Below are positions 1 through 16,107 of a stretch of DNA of 64,000 nt, in pieces. Each line of letters opens with the position of its first letter. Position 1 is the stretch's first letter. The notes beneath the pieces were generated by a model. That model saw only the letters and a list, made by a program, of their open reading frames with translations. It was not told the origin of the DNA and made no database searches. This DNA comes from Amoeboaphelidium protococcarum X5 (lineage: Eukaryota; Fungi; Aphelidiomycota), in assembly GCA_023515725.1 (NCBI GenBank), contig JALDTO010000164.1, forward strand, positions 1-64,000, written 5' to 3'. A program made the position numbers and the translations under genes.

Positions 1-569
1 CCTACAGCCATAGGTATGACAATGGTTGAGAATGCTTCGTTTGGTGAAGCGGAAAACAATGCCAACAGCAACAATTCATTAGCAATCTAATCCACAATCT
101 GTGCAGCAGCGTCAGTGGTAACACTCTTTGGCGGTTCAGCAGAAGAGTAACTTTGAACGCGCCGAACCAACTCATCAGTCATCTATAGCTTATACATATC
201 AATTCCAGTGGAAGTGGTAAAGTACATTGTGTGCTTCCTCAACTTGCCATACTCACTCTTGGTAACTGATATTAGACTATAGGAAGGGAAAATAGCAAAA
301 TCAACCTCCATACCCAGTCCGCGAGCAACTTTGGCCATATTGATCTCAATGATATGAGTAGGACAGCCATAGAGCTAGTAGCAAACGCTAAGATTAATTA
401 AAAATTGCTCAATCTACTCGCTAAGTTCCTGCGTCTACACATTGTTTGAGTGAACAGACACGGCATGATCAATTTACACCGAGATATGATCCCTGTTCAC
501 CTGTTGATCCCTCATGAAAATATCCAACAACTAGTGCATAACCTCAACATGTTCTCCCCTTGTTGCCAT
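1..569 (-). CDS. ThrE/DUF1212 (PRM10-like) threonine/serine exporter family membrane protein, 5' part; runs off window start
   Basis: With TAR=Gln: MATRGEH...EQFLINLSVCYQLYGCPTHIIEINMAKVARGLGMEVDFAIFPSYSLIS...GIDMYKLQ, matching the ThrE/PRM10 N-terminal YGxPxHxxE motif. Confidence 0.7.
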
Positions 570-823
570 TTTCAACTGCACCCTTAAGAATGTAAATATT
601 ATACTATAACTAGCATTATTGAATTAAAGTTGAAAATGCTTTCAAGATCTTATAATAACTCGTTCATTGCTATGGAGACATAATCACGCTCATATACTGT
701 ACGTAACACGTATCAAAAATTGCTTACCATGATATAAAGGTATTAGATGAGCATGCTTTATTAAAGAAGCAGTTTAAAATTAAAACTTAAACGACGATAA
801 ATCAAATTAATTCAAATATTCAT

Positions 824-2434
824 TCATGATAGTAAAATTCCTCTGATACTTCTTTCTAGGCCAGCCCAGAGATGCGGATTAATCTAACCTTTAAGAGTCA
901 CCTGAGCAGAGCCGTCCATTGAAACATCAGCCGGCACTGTAAGTCTTATCTCTGACATGACCAATTGACCTGCACCGATACCAATTCTAAAAGAACCATA
1001 GAGCACGTACTAGACAGCACCAGCGTCACTTGGAACTTGTCTGGAGGCGACTTGATACACTCTGTTGATGGCAAGCTTATGCTCAACGACCGACTAGATG
1101 AACATGCTCTTATTCGCAGATTGCAAATGCTTAAAGTGACTGCACCATCTCACATATGGAATCTTATCCACAGAAAACGCGTGTGAAGATGAAGGAGAGG
1201 ACAACGATTACCATGAGGATAGGAAGGCGGATTAAGTCATTCTCGGGCCATCATCACTAGTGCTCAGAGTGGTCAAATCTTCGACACCATTGTTTCTACC
1301 ATCATTTACAGGCTAGCGCTGAGGATGGTCCAAATAGAATATATGCAGCGGCACCAAAGTCTCCACATTAAAATGCAATCTGCGCTATTTCGACTGATTT
1401 CTCACATCAACAATAGTATACTCAATCTGGACAGGGAGCTTAAGAAGATTCTGCGGGTCATCTACATACTGATTCTCAGTCGAAACGTCCAATTTTAAAA
1501 CAGCACCAAAAGTCTCACCACTTTGCACCACACCACTCTCAGGCATCATCTCAAGGTAGTTAGACTACACCGTAAGTCCAAAGCAATTCTTACCAAACGA
1601 CATTATGAAATCAGTAACGTTCACAGCGAATCTGGGATCATTCTTCATTCTGAGACTCAACAACATCGTACCATTCCTCTTACCCCAAATACCTTGTAGA
1701 TCAATAGCGGATGGAATACCCTCTTCAGATATTGACGGTTCTTGGCCATCCTTCAGAGTCGAGGTGTGCAAAAACACTTCTTACAAGAGCATTGAGCCAT
1801 CAACATGAGACAGCAGATTAGTCATTGGGCCAGAGCTACTGGATCTTCTGCTACCATTATTATTGTTATAATTAGTCTATGGATAATTGTTCACCATCGT
1901 TTAAGGCGTTTCAACGCGTGGAGAATACACTGCTGGGCTAGGCTATGGCTGATCTTCAACTTGGATCAGCAGTCTACCAGGTGCATTGTGAGGAGGAGTG
2001 TTCGCGCTCAATCGAGGATACTGTTAACCATACGAGGAGTACTAGTGGGAAGATTAATTACTAAAGCTCTGACTCTAAACTCGACCGGCTCCTCCTTATT
2101 GATGGCCATAAAACTACTGATGATTAAAGGACTCGCTTGACTACTGATGATAATGATTCACGTTGCCGCCAACAGCTCCACCATTGCCACCAAAATACTA
2201 CTACTTGCTCTAAGATTGTGAGTGACTGCGAAATTCCTATTACTGCAGCAGAGTCGCTCCAGGTGGCAATTGATGAGGTTAAACATTGCCAAAGTTTTAC
2301 ATATTCTCTTAAAATCGAGGTTGCATCTGCATCTACCCATACCCAAACTCAGACTATTAAGGGCGCTAAGCAAGCGGATCAAGCTCATCCAAAGATTACT
2401 TCTTGTTCAAGAGATTGTTCATAAAAGGGTCCAT
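824..2434 (-). CDS. Stand-alone beta-adaptin appendage (ear) protein with Q/N/P-rich disordered N-terminus, 536 aa
   Basis: Uninterrupted frame ATG 2434 to TGA 824. C-terminal half (DLQGIWGKRNGTMLLSLRMKN..VTDFIMSFGKNCFGL..LVPLHIFY..MTQSAFLSSWQSL..HKLAINRVYQVASRQV..LVMSEIRL..VTLKG) follows the AP-1/AP-2 beta appendage sandwich and platform subdomains. Confidence 0.75.
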
Positions 2435-2614
2435 TATGGTTATATATGATTCTTCTTCGAAAGGAAGTGTATTACGATGATATAATTCAGTTATAAATAC
2501 GATGATGACTCGATTGTCTGTCGCGTCGTTTCAGATTTAAAAATTCTAAAGGAGACAAAGAGAGGCGCTCGCGCTTTAATCTCTTCACTTTCGATTTTTA
2601 CTATTGATCACCCT

Positions 2615-3184
2615 ATGATCAGAGATACTAAAAATAGCGCAAAATTTCCCAAAATGGTAACACTGGTGGAAGAAGTACATTCCGAGTCTGATATCAACGA
2701 AACCAAGATAGAGATAGATGATAATACAGGTGAAAGCGATCTGTCAAGTGTAAATCAGCCTTTACATATTGCAGACAATGGTGATGATTAAAAGTTATCG
2801 ATGCGAAAGAGGAAATTAGTGTTTGATATGCTGAGGGATGAAAAGGAATTGCGTATCTTGCCTGTTGATGCATCCTCACTTGAATAATAGTCGGACTTGA
2901 TATCTAGATTGTAATAATTTCTACCACAAATTGAGTAAGCTAACAAGAGATTAAACGCGTCAAACATAAGCGATATTGTGGATTCTTAACTGGAGTTGGT
3001 TGGTGATAGTGATGAGACTCCTGATCACAATGATGAAGCCTCCGACACTGAAGATGGCGATCACGAAACAGCGTCAGAATCTGGATCTGAATAATCTGAT
3101 AGCAGCTCCGGATCTGTAGCAATTGATGTAAATATTGGTATGAGTATACTGGATATGTTATTAGAACAAGTTAGAGATTAGTGA
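2615..3184 (+). CDS. NOPCHAP1/C12orf45 (DUF4598)-like acidic protein; start may be 2654
   Basis: SDLISRLQQFLPQIEQANKRL followed by an acidic tract and IDVNIGM; open to TGA 3182-3184. Confidence 0.6.
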
Positions 3185-3370
3185 TCTTTAGTGTTACCCA
3201 AAATAGATTATCTTGCTTTTAATAGCACCCTCTGATACTATAAATACTTATCTGGATTCACTATAAAAGCAGCATTTTACAACCACTCCATCTCTTCCTC
3301 TCAACAGAATATCTCTTACATTAATATATCTAAATAAACTAATAGTCCTCAAAGTAATAATAATAATAAA

Positions 3371-3880
3371 ATGAAGTTCATCATTGTTTCAAGTTTGATC
3401 GCTATTACTTACGCGTATGATCTGTCTACTGCTGTCAATGAAGGTGAAAAGAGCTAGCTGTGTCTCTCCAACCAGTATGCCTGCTCCAACTTTTGTAGTG
3501 GAAGTGCCTCTACTAATACCTGTGACAGCTTCTCTATGAAGTGGAACTGTTTGTGTTCATCTACTGGCAAATTCCCAACAGTGTAGCCAGTGAATGCATT
3601 CCCCGTCGAGATTGCTCAGTGTAACGGTGCCGTGTTGGAATGTATTGACCAGTGTTTGGCAAGTAATCCTAGTGGTGCAAGTAGCTGTAGTGCTCAGTGT
3701 AAAAGGGGATTCTGTGGCAGTGTTCAGGCTCTGCAGAGTAAGTCATTCGTTGAGATTCCTGCTCCACCACCTTCTAATGCTGACAAGGACAAGAGCTCTG
3801 ACGCGTCCGAATCAATTGCTCTGAGCGCTCTGGGTGTCTTCAGTGTGCTCTCTTGCACCATTGCTCTGTCACTGTTGTGA
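3371..3880 (+). CDS. Secreted Cys-rich, probably GPI-anchored cell-surface protein, 169 aa
   Basis: Signal peptide MKFIIVSSLIAITYA, about 12 spaced Cys, S/P linker and hydrophobic C-terminal tail. Confidence 0.75.
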
Positions 3881-4081
3881 TTATGACCTCCAACATTTTA
3901 CTCCACAATAGACTACATAGATTTTAATATTATAATATTTCACCAATTTATTTGATATAGACATTAAAAAGGCGCTTTCAAAGCACATGATCACAGTTTA
4001 TTATTTTCACTTTTCAGCATTGAACAGTGACGTCTCCTACTTATTTTCTTCACTTTACTACTCGAGTACAGATAACGAACA

Positions 4082-4501
4082 ATGTCAAGATCTGCTAATT
4101 TGCCTAAATATTGCGCGCAGAATTTGCATAATATCGTGGAAGAGACCCTTCTATCGGGAAGTCTGATAAAGAAGCCGCTATGGCTGGATGTGATGAAAAA
4201 GTATCCGCCAATGCAGGCACCGATGCGACTGGTTCAGAGAGATCCGACGCGTTTTTAGCCCCAGAGTGGAGCGGAATATAATTTCAAGATTAATGAATAG
4301 TATTGCCGGGGATTGAAAACTAGAAAGTGGTATTTCACATAGAAATATGGTACTAGATCTGAATGGCGCAAGGCTGTTAATGATGCTTCTAAAATATACG
4401 CGTTTCCAGCAGAGATTAAGCTTGCTGAAGACCAGGAGAGAGTGAAGTAATTGTTATCATAGCCGCTTAAAAGATTCTAGACGATATCACTGCGATAGTG
4501 A
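4082..4501 (+). CDS. Mitochondrial small-subunit ribosomal protein mS23/Rsm25-like, short (139 aa)
   Basis: LLSGSLIKKPLWLDVMKKYPP...FPAEIKLAEDQER resembles Rsm25 (PxWxxVxxxxPP...PxxIxxxEDxxR). Confidence 0.6.
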
Positions 4502-4735
4502 TCATGAATTACTGGGATTGGTAAGAGTTACTTTCTAAACTCTGACATGGTTGCAGTTTGACTTTGCTTCTATAAATAGACTTTGTGTTGCCAATAATAC
4601 ATCAAACATTTCTCTTGTGTAGTCTTTCAGAGGTGGTTTGTTTCCCTCTTGCTTTATCTTTTACAAAGCATTAATATAGTCACTCTTTATTATATTTAAT
4701 TTTTTTATTGTATATCTACAATCCAGCTCAATCAT

Positions 4736-5716
4736 ATGGGAAAGAAGGCTGTACGTTTGCAGGCAAGTGAGGCGATCAATAACGACGAGAGGTAATACGT
4801 ACCTCGCAAAGAGAGAAAGGCAATGAATGTTGCTGGCATGAGTTAAAGTCAGTAGAAGCTTAGATATACCCCGGCCAAGATGAGAATGTCCTCCGATAGT
4901 CTCCATAGTGGCCGCCTTTAGAGTGTTGCATCTCCTGCTGATTCGGAAGCGTAATCATTGTATGGAGATGGTAAAGGTGCCGGTGCTGGTGGAGTTGCGA
5001 GATAGATGCTCAAGTCAGCAATGAGCAGAGGCTGGAAATTTTGGGTGCTTACAAGTCTGTGTCTACTTCTATTTCTGCTTGGATTGATTGCGTTGATTGT
5101 GTATCTAGTGCTTTGGGTTGGAATGCCCACAGTTGATGTGAAGAGCGCCAAGGCTCTGGAAAGCCAAAATGGTTCAATCAGAAATGCGCTCATGTTTGAT
5201 CTGGGCCAAGATGGCAAACGTGCTCCATCGTTCAACTTATCAGTGATCGTCTCTGCCGTTATAAACAATCCCAATCGTATGGACTTGGCGTTTGAAGATG
5301 TCGTGATCACTGCAGCTGATGCTGTTTTACCATCACAAATTTTAGCTACATCCCGGCTCTCCAGTTACACCTTGCCCAAGTAGAAGCTGTCTCCTCTCGA
5401 TTTGCCAATGAATCTGTTTTTCGATTTTGGTATGGACAAGTCGGGCGTCTTGCCTAAAGATATCATTGCATCTTGCTCCATACCTCCTAATTCTAACAAA
5501 CCTGTAAAGCAGTTTTAGATTTATGTTCGCGTCGATGCCGTGTTGAAGGTGACCGATGTGATCAAGATTAGGATTCCTACAATTCAGCACACCGCTGGGT
5601 TCGACTGTCCAATGCCTTTCTCTCAGACAATCTCCATCGGTGGTCAGCAGGTTGATCTGACTAAAGTTGATTGGACTTAGGCCGCTGCAGGACAGATGGG
5701 TCTTTTATTGAATTGA
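4736..5716 (+). CDS. Single-pass membrane protein with LEA_2/WHy-like lumenal domain, 326 aa
   Basis: TM helix (WVLTSLCLLLFLLGLIALIVYLVLW), then MPTVDV...VINNPNRMDLAF and a terminal CP. Confidence 0.65.
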
Positions 5717-5798
5717 AAGTAATATACCGGTAAATAAATAGATAAATAGAAATTGATTGATTTTAATTCAGACTCTCTACCTCATTTATTCTTCATTC

Positions 5799-9008
<3,210 letters not shown>

Positions 9009-9350
9009 GTTCAATAGTTTAAAAATTCAAAATATTACTATAACAGTTGTAGAATCAGCCGAGAGAAGAACAAAGAACGAAGGCGCGCAGGGAGAAATGA
9101 CAATTGTAAGTAAGCATTCAGACACGTTAGATTCCTATATACAGTACATCACAGGTGAATATTTAGTTAAACACATACCATGGCTTTTTAAATGAACCAA
9201 AATAAAGTCATTATGGTGAACTTAAATAATAGATTAATTTTCGCGCACCTTGACTCTTTCTAAGCCAATTTTTAGCTTATCTTTCTGTTTCATCAACGTC
9301 TATCAACTCTTTCCATTCATATTCAATCTGTCACTACTGTCCACCAAAGT

Positions 9351-11127
9351 ATGGCAGAACTTAGTAATACCATAGTCATTGAGAGTGATACTTCTGCCAA
9401 TGAGTTTAACGAGTAAATGTCTTTATTACTATTTATTGACTAAGCACTGTTTAATTACCGTACATACGATCAAAAGGTGTAGATAAAATCTTGAAGATCT
9501 GAATGCCGTCAAGTTACCAAGTGTATTGCAAAATAAGGAAAATTTGGATGGACAAGGTGGCAATCAATGTAATAATAATGGATAAATGAATAATAATGGT
9601 GATGATGATGACGAAGATGGCAGAACTTGTCCTATTTGTATGGAAGTTTGGACAAGTAATGGTTAGCATAGAATTGTTTCACTGTCTTGCGGGCATCTCT
9701 TCGGGTACAAATGCATTCTGCAGTGGATCAATAGCTCCATCCAACAAAGATCGCGCGCCAAATGCCCCTAATGCAATAAACCGGCGCGACGGAATGACAT
9801 TCGATAGCTGTTTTTGAGTAAGCTCACAGTGATTGATAATAGCGAATTGGCTGATGCACAACAGAAACTCGCGTCAGAGTCGCGTAAACGTTTGAAACTG
9901 GAGACGGAGCTCGGTCAATTGCAGTTGGCGTTTCAGATGTGCAGACAGGAACGCGATGATTACCGGCAGCAAATGATGCATTGGTAACAATTATGCGATT
10001 AAATTAAGTAGGGTAGTTCTATTTAATAATTGCCTGTCATCGGTGATTAGTCTGAAGCTAATTAATTGTCAATATAACCAGTAGAATTGCTTTCACTGTC
10101 GTCTGAAAGTAATAATAGCAATGTAGTTTACAATAATATGCTGATTGATACGCGGTAACGGTTGATCGTTCTCTCTGTGTGGGATGGTGTCGCATCAAGT
10201 GTAATGATTGTCAATCTGAATGCTACCACAATGCTTTTGCGAGTAGATAATTTGCATAAGCGTCCAATCAAATGTTTGGCAGTGTCCAACTCTGGTTATT
10301 TGGCATCCGTTTCATTAGATAAAGTTGCATAAATTGTAAAATCTGACAAAGGAGTAGTCGTTCATACATTGCAACTTCCATGTGCTGCATGGTCGTGTTG
10401 CTTTGATGAATCTGATAGACTATATGTTGGAACAGCTATAAATTCTATTATTGTCTATGATTTAAAGTCATAGTCTTTAGATTCGATACAATTGAAATTT
10501 CCAGAAATTATGGGCTCTTCAATGCGATCGATTTAGTCCCTCTATTGGATTTAGAATGATGAGTATCAACGTTTACTATGTCATAATAACTCTGGCGTAT
10601 ACCATATCAACTTGCCATCAAAGGATACAGAAGATATTAGCTGTTAGAAACTAGAACTCGACATAGGTGACAAGTCAATATTAAGAGCAGGTGCCGTTGA
10701 ATAGAGCGAAAGCTTATTTATGACTGTTTTCAGTAGTGATAGATCTGCCTTAAATCAACTAGATGTTCTAGACATAAGTCCTGATCATACTAACATTTAA
10801 GAAGACCAAAAGTGCGATTGTAAGTCTTTGCATACTCAGTAGATGCTTTACTCATCGAACCAAGTTGGCTGTGAGACTGTGGTAAAATGGCACAATGGCC
10901 AAGTTGCACTATTCATGTATGATTCCTCTTCCAACAGTATTTAGGTTCTTCCTTTAAAATCTTCTGGCTCTCCTAATTGTAAGCAATAACTCCCTTAAAG
11001 ACTTCTTTTGCCTCAAAACTGTACTGCTCAAGTAATTACTTCTGTCTCTATCGATCATCAACATTTCTAGATAATTGCCCTTTGCTCTGATAGAATCCTT
11101 TCATTTAACATCAAAGCCTCCGAATGA
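9351..11127 (+). CDS. RFWD3: RFWD3-like RING / coiled-coil / WD40 E3 ubiquitin ligase; intron 9413-9482
   Basis: [33 protein letters not shown]...KCPQCNK RING, coiled coil, WD40 with AWSCCFD. Confidence 0.85.
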
Positions 11128-11184
11128 TATATAAATTGAATTTATTATTAAACTAATATTGTCTCTATTTTCAGTTCAACTTTT

Positions 11185-13041
11185 TCACAGATATTCGTCA
11201 TTACGTGCACTACCTGTCAGAATTTGAGATGGATCGTTATAGTCACCATCGGCCATGCTATCGCTGGCCCATAAACGATGACTATCCTCCGATCCTTCGA
11301 TGCCTTCATTCCTGTCTTCTTGAACATTCTGTAACGGCTGCGCGTCATCTTGCTCCACCAAATCATGATTTTCACCACCTTCAGCGCCATCTTGGGGCTA
11401 CTTTGAGAAGCGCCTGAATTACGACTCGCCCGCCCGGAACATAAATGTGGTATGAGCAGCAGTTCCCAATTTGCGGAATGTGACAGTGTCCTTCTTCATA
11501 AGTGGAAATATGCCATAATCTAGCGGGAAGATGTAGTTATCGTACTTTTCATGTCCAAACTGTGCTATATCCATCCAATTGTAATTATATAATGGCGTTT
11601 ACAACTGAGTTAATCCAGAAAGCACAGGAACCTACCACGAGAACTCAAGTAATTGATGATATGATTATGATGCAGCAAAGCACATGGCTTACGCCATAGA
11701 TACCAAGGTCTTGAAAAATGTTTAATCCTAAATCTTAAACAGGTCTGGCTTTAGTCCAAAACCGCGAGCAAAACCAAAAGTTCTGCCATGAGACAGAGAA
11801 CCATAAACCATATTGTACAGAGCACTTTCTAACGTTACACTGAGAGACATTTATACATCGTGTACGACTGCAAAGAGGACGCCGCGAAGTATGTGCCAGT
11901 GGACAACTTCTTGATTATTCTACGTACTACCGCGCCTACTTCCCTGGTTGGACTGCTCATAAAATTCATCGAGATCATTCGACAAGTCCTTTAAAACCTG
12001 TTCATAAACATTTTATGACTTGCCAAGCTATGTGAGTTTAGCGAATTATCGACCGCTTTGAGTGATCGCATTGTCCGACTTGACCCATTCGCTGAGAGAT
12101 TGCAGGATAGTTTTACCAACGGCAAACATTATGAATGGGGCAAAGAGACCACACTGAGGACTATAAACCTTTTTCATACTTTATATGAGGTCCTTTTGCA
12201 CGTCAACAATTCCCTGCATTTCATCAAAGCGGAAAGGATGGTTCAGATTGGTTGGTAAGGCCAACTGACCCAATTCAAAGAAGCTAAATATCCATCGCTG
12301 GGGGTTCAGACATTGACCATCGTATCGTCGGTGTCCAGTGAGATGTCGCTTAATTTTTACGCTAGCCCGCAACTTTTTGCCACCTTCATACGGCTGTAAA
12401 TATTCAAGCACTTGATGATTCGACCGTTCGACCAGTCCCCACAGAGCTTTGTACAAATGATATTTGGCCACACTGAATGGCTGACTATTGCCATCTTCTT
12501 CCTGTTACGCGTCAGTGCTATATGGTGTGTGCAGATACTTATAGAGCATGCTCTCAACTTCCAAATTAGATTACGCGCCATCGATAAACTACTCTGATTA
12601 CTCTGATTAATGATCAAAATCAAATAGCTTTTACAGCCCATCATATCCTTCCCATCCGAATCGAGCAGCACATTTACGTGGAAACAATTCACATCCAGAA
12701 GCGAATGAATTTTACAGATTCTATATAACGCGTCGTTGGTGACTGCTCTATCTATCTTCAGTAGGCGTGGTATCATCGTCAGCCAAGTCCATAAGATTAT
12801 CAAATTCAGCCTGATAATTACACGTTAACGCATTATTTAATGTAGTCGCATCCTAAAGCTGAGATTCCTCTGTTGCCATAAAGAAAACATCACCAGAATC
12901 GCCATTTGAAATGGGTAGTACGTTCATGGTATCTGGATAATCTTGATCAGACACCCCATCTATTTATGCCACAGCTGATCGAGCTGCAAGCAGTACGATA
13001 GCTGCTAAACTGGCTTTTAAGTTTAAACTTAAATTCCTCAT
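11185..13041 (-). pseudogene. Putative secreted protein of about 600 aa, unknown family, with a frame discontinuity near 12180-12270 (frameshift or atypical intron)
   Basis: Signal peptide MRNLSLNLKASLAAIVLLAARSAVAQ. The 5' frame looks coding to about 12200; a second frame is TGA-free from about 12195 to TGA 11185. Confidence 0.5.
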
Positions 13042-13262
13042 TGTGATACGACAATAAAAATGGTTAAATATGACAGCAAATAAAAAAAGGCTTTAATCCT
13101 AAATAGAAATAGCACGCAAGCTGATGGAATGTGCCCCCTTTGCACTGTAGCCTTACATATAATGACCCTTAAATCACACCTATCGAAGATAACAATCAAC
13201 TACAGTATAACGTCAAATAGGAAGACTTTTCTAATTAAATATAATCAAAAATATCACATAGA

Positions 13263-13973
13263 TCAATTTTATTATACTTATTGTTTGGAAAGAGGCAACT
13301 ATTTGTTGGATAAGGTGCTCTGTTAGACGGTAGAGTACTGATCAGACGGTATCCCAAGTTGAGAGGTCAAATGGTCAACGACGCGTTCACACTTCTTCGT
13401 AAACCCGGTAGAGTTATCGATGATTTCATAGTGTGGATGCTACTTCCAGGCAGCCTGGCACAACTTGTCCAACTTTCGCGCAAGGTCAATTCCCTCGGAG
13501 CGGACATTATTATTGGAGACATTGTAATACTGCTCGGCACCATCAGCTGCAGACACGAGATGAACGACGTGATCGTATCGACCGTCGCGAAGATTCAGCT
13601 CATCCTCGCCCAACTCAGCGACCATTTTCAGCCACGATTCGCGATCAATGTACGCTGAACAGTCCATGGCACCTCTATCACAGACGACCAGACACTTTTG
13701 ACCACACGCAGCCAGACTGCTCGCCAGATTGAAGTATGTCTGCTCAATGCACAGCATCACTTTGAGTAGATCCTTCTGGAAATGATAAGCCTGGTCCTGG
13801 TTCAAGTCAGAAAACAGTACACCGCCACTAAGCATGACGGTAGCAGCCTCAGGCACTCGATACACTTTCCAGCCCATACCTTCAAATAGCTCAGCGAGTA
13901 ATTTTTACGCAATGGATTTTCCACCGCACGGACCACCAGTCAATACTACACGAATAACACAACCTTATGCCAT
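13263..13973 (-). CDS. TTD14/NadR-like (AAA_28) P-loop NTPase domain protein, 236 aa
   Basis: RVVLTGGPCGGKS, KVYRVPEAAT, VVCDRGAMDCSAY, RYDHVVHLVSAADGAEQYY..NNNVRSEG, HPHYEIIDNS. Confidence 0.85.
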
Positions 13974-14228
13974 TGCTATTCCCAAAGATGAATATAATTA
14001 AATTATGGTGTGATGTGTGAGAGTCTATGGGTGTTGATATCGATACAAAATCTGTGGGCCAGTCCGTGGCTTTCGGTCACAAATTTTGCGCGTTTTGTGA
14101 TAAGGCCGAATGGGAAAAAACACGGAGGAGGTTGCTTCTGTTGATGGCTTTATCATTCTCAATACATTAATTCTCTATTTAAATTGAAAAATAGGCACTA
14201 AATAGACTTATATAGTATACAAGCATTA

Positions 14229-14639
14229 TCATTTCAAGTCAGACATTTTAAAGAATTGACCGTGCTCCAGACTTTGGATATCATCATCATCAGCCAGAGT
14301 GTCGAAGCCTTCGTTGAACTTGTCGCTGTGAGGCGATGCTCCCAATCGTGTCCACCCACCTTCACGCATAGTCTTCTTGAAGTCAAACCCCCTCATTTGA
14401 GCCATGTTGCCAACGTATCGGTAAATGTAAATTGCCACGTACACTAATATTGCCATTATAAGTGCCACGAGTAATAATGTCGAGAAGCTAGGTTGATCTA
14501 TGCTGATTTCTGTCGTCGTGTTGTTACTCAACAGAGTGGGCGTCACTGATGATGATTATGAAACAACTGACAGGGACGATACGCTTTACTCTACCAATAC
14601 CTATGTCGCCAGTGTAGGCGTCTCAGTATGTATGTCCAT
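14229..14639 (-). CDS. Small single-pass membrane protein with S/T-rich N-terminus, 136 aa
   Basis: ATG 14639 open to TGA 14229; one strong TM helix LLLVALIMAILVYVAIYIY. Confidence 0.6.
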
Positions 14640-14869
14640 TTGTTGCGTTAATGTATATGTAAACGTGGTAAAATTTAAGCTTTGTCGAAATAAGAACAAC
14701 AGATAGTATTTTATACCAGCCATGTTCAAAAAATCAGGTTGATATTAATAGATTGCCGGTCAACGATGGCTGATTGTTTGATCAGTCTGATCTTTGAGAG
14801 TTCTATTACATTGCGAATTTCTTGGCATCATTTGCGAACTAAGTTTTCATCATAAATAAGCTACTTAAA

Positions 14870-16060
14870 ATGATTAAATTGGTAAATTAACTTAGATGGA
14901 AGAGCTGTGGTAGAGTTGTATATGATTTCAGGAGCGATACTGTTACAAAGCCAACCTAGAGAATGTTACAGCGAATGATGTAAAGTTCCATGGGAGACGA
15001 TGTGTATGAGGAAGATTAATCAACCCAAAAACTGGAGTAGTACATGGCTAAATTGACTGGGCATGAAGCGGCATTGTTTTGTGTTACGGGAACAATGACT
15101 AATCAGCTTGCATTTCGCTCTTGGTTGACGGGGGCTTTGCAATCTGTCTTGTTAGATTCCCGGTCGCATGTATGGAAGTATGAGAACCACGGCATTGCAT
15201 ATCATTGCTAGGCTGGCACTTTGCCGGTGGCGCCAGATAGCAAAACTGGTCATCTTACAGTGGAGCGGATTGCGGCGAATGTTCTTGGAGAGGATGTTCA
15301 TCAGGCCAAGACTAGATTAGTCAGTTTAGAGAATACTTTATCTGGTTCCATATTCCCATTTGATGAGATCTAACGGATCCGCGAATATTGCACGGAACAC
15401 AATCTTATTTTACATTGTGATGGAGCTAGACTATGGAATGCTTCAGCAGCCACCGGAATATCTATAGAATAGTATTGCACACAATTTGACAGTGTCTCTC
15501 TATGTTTGAGCAAAGGGATTGGAGCCCCGATTGGATCGATTCTTGTTGGGAATGCTTAATTGATTGCACAAGCTAGGCATTATCGCAAACTATTCGGAGG
15601 TGGATGGAGATAATCTGGTCCGTTGGCCGAGGCTGCTCATTGTGCAATACAAGAGGTATTTGTGGATAGGGATGCAGATGGACATTCTTTGATGATGAAA
15701 GATCACTTGAATGCACTCTGGTTATCCTAAAATTTACTCAAAGCCGTACCAAGTCTTCGCATTATGAACAAGGTGGAGACTAATATGGTATTTCTGAATG
15801 TGAGAGACATAGTTCCAGGCCGCAGCACTTCTGTCAAGGGATTTGTGGACGCAATTGACAATTGCAATAAAGACACGTCCAATGCCAATAAGCCATGCAT
15901 AAAACTGGCTAATTTTGGATACAGCTATGATCAACTCGGAACAGGACGTACAAAAGATGAAGATTACGTGCTGAGGCTTGTTCTACATCATTAAACGCCA
16001 AGGGAGGCATGTGAACTTCTTGTCGATCATGTTAAATCATGTAGAAAACACCTAAAATGA
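14870..16060 (+). CDS. GLY1: Low-specificity L-threonine aldolase
   Basis: YDFRSDTVTKPT, GDDVYEED, GTMTNQL, SLENT, HCDGARLWNA, SVSLCLSKGIGAPIGS, RKLFGGGWRQ. Confidence 0.95.
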
Positions 16061-16107
16061 ACACCATAATATAGAATAGTAATCTATGATTTATTATTGC
16101 TTACGGT

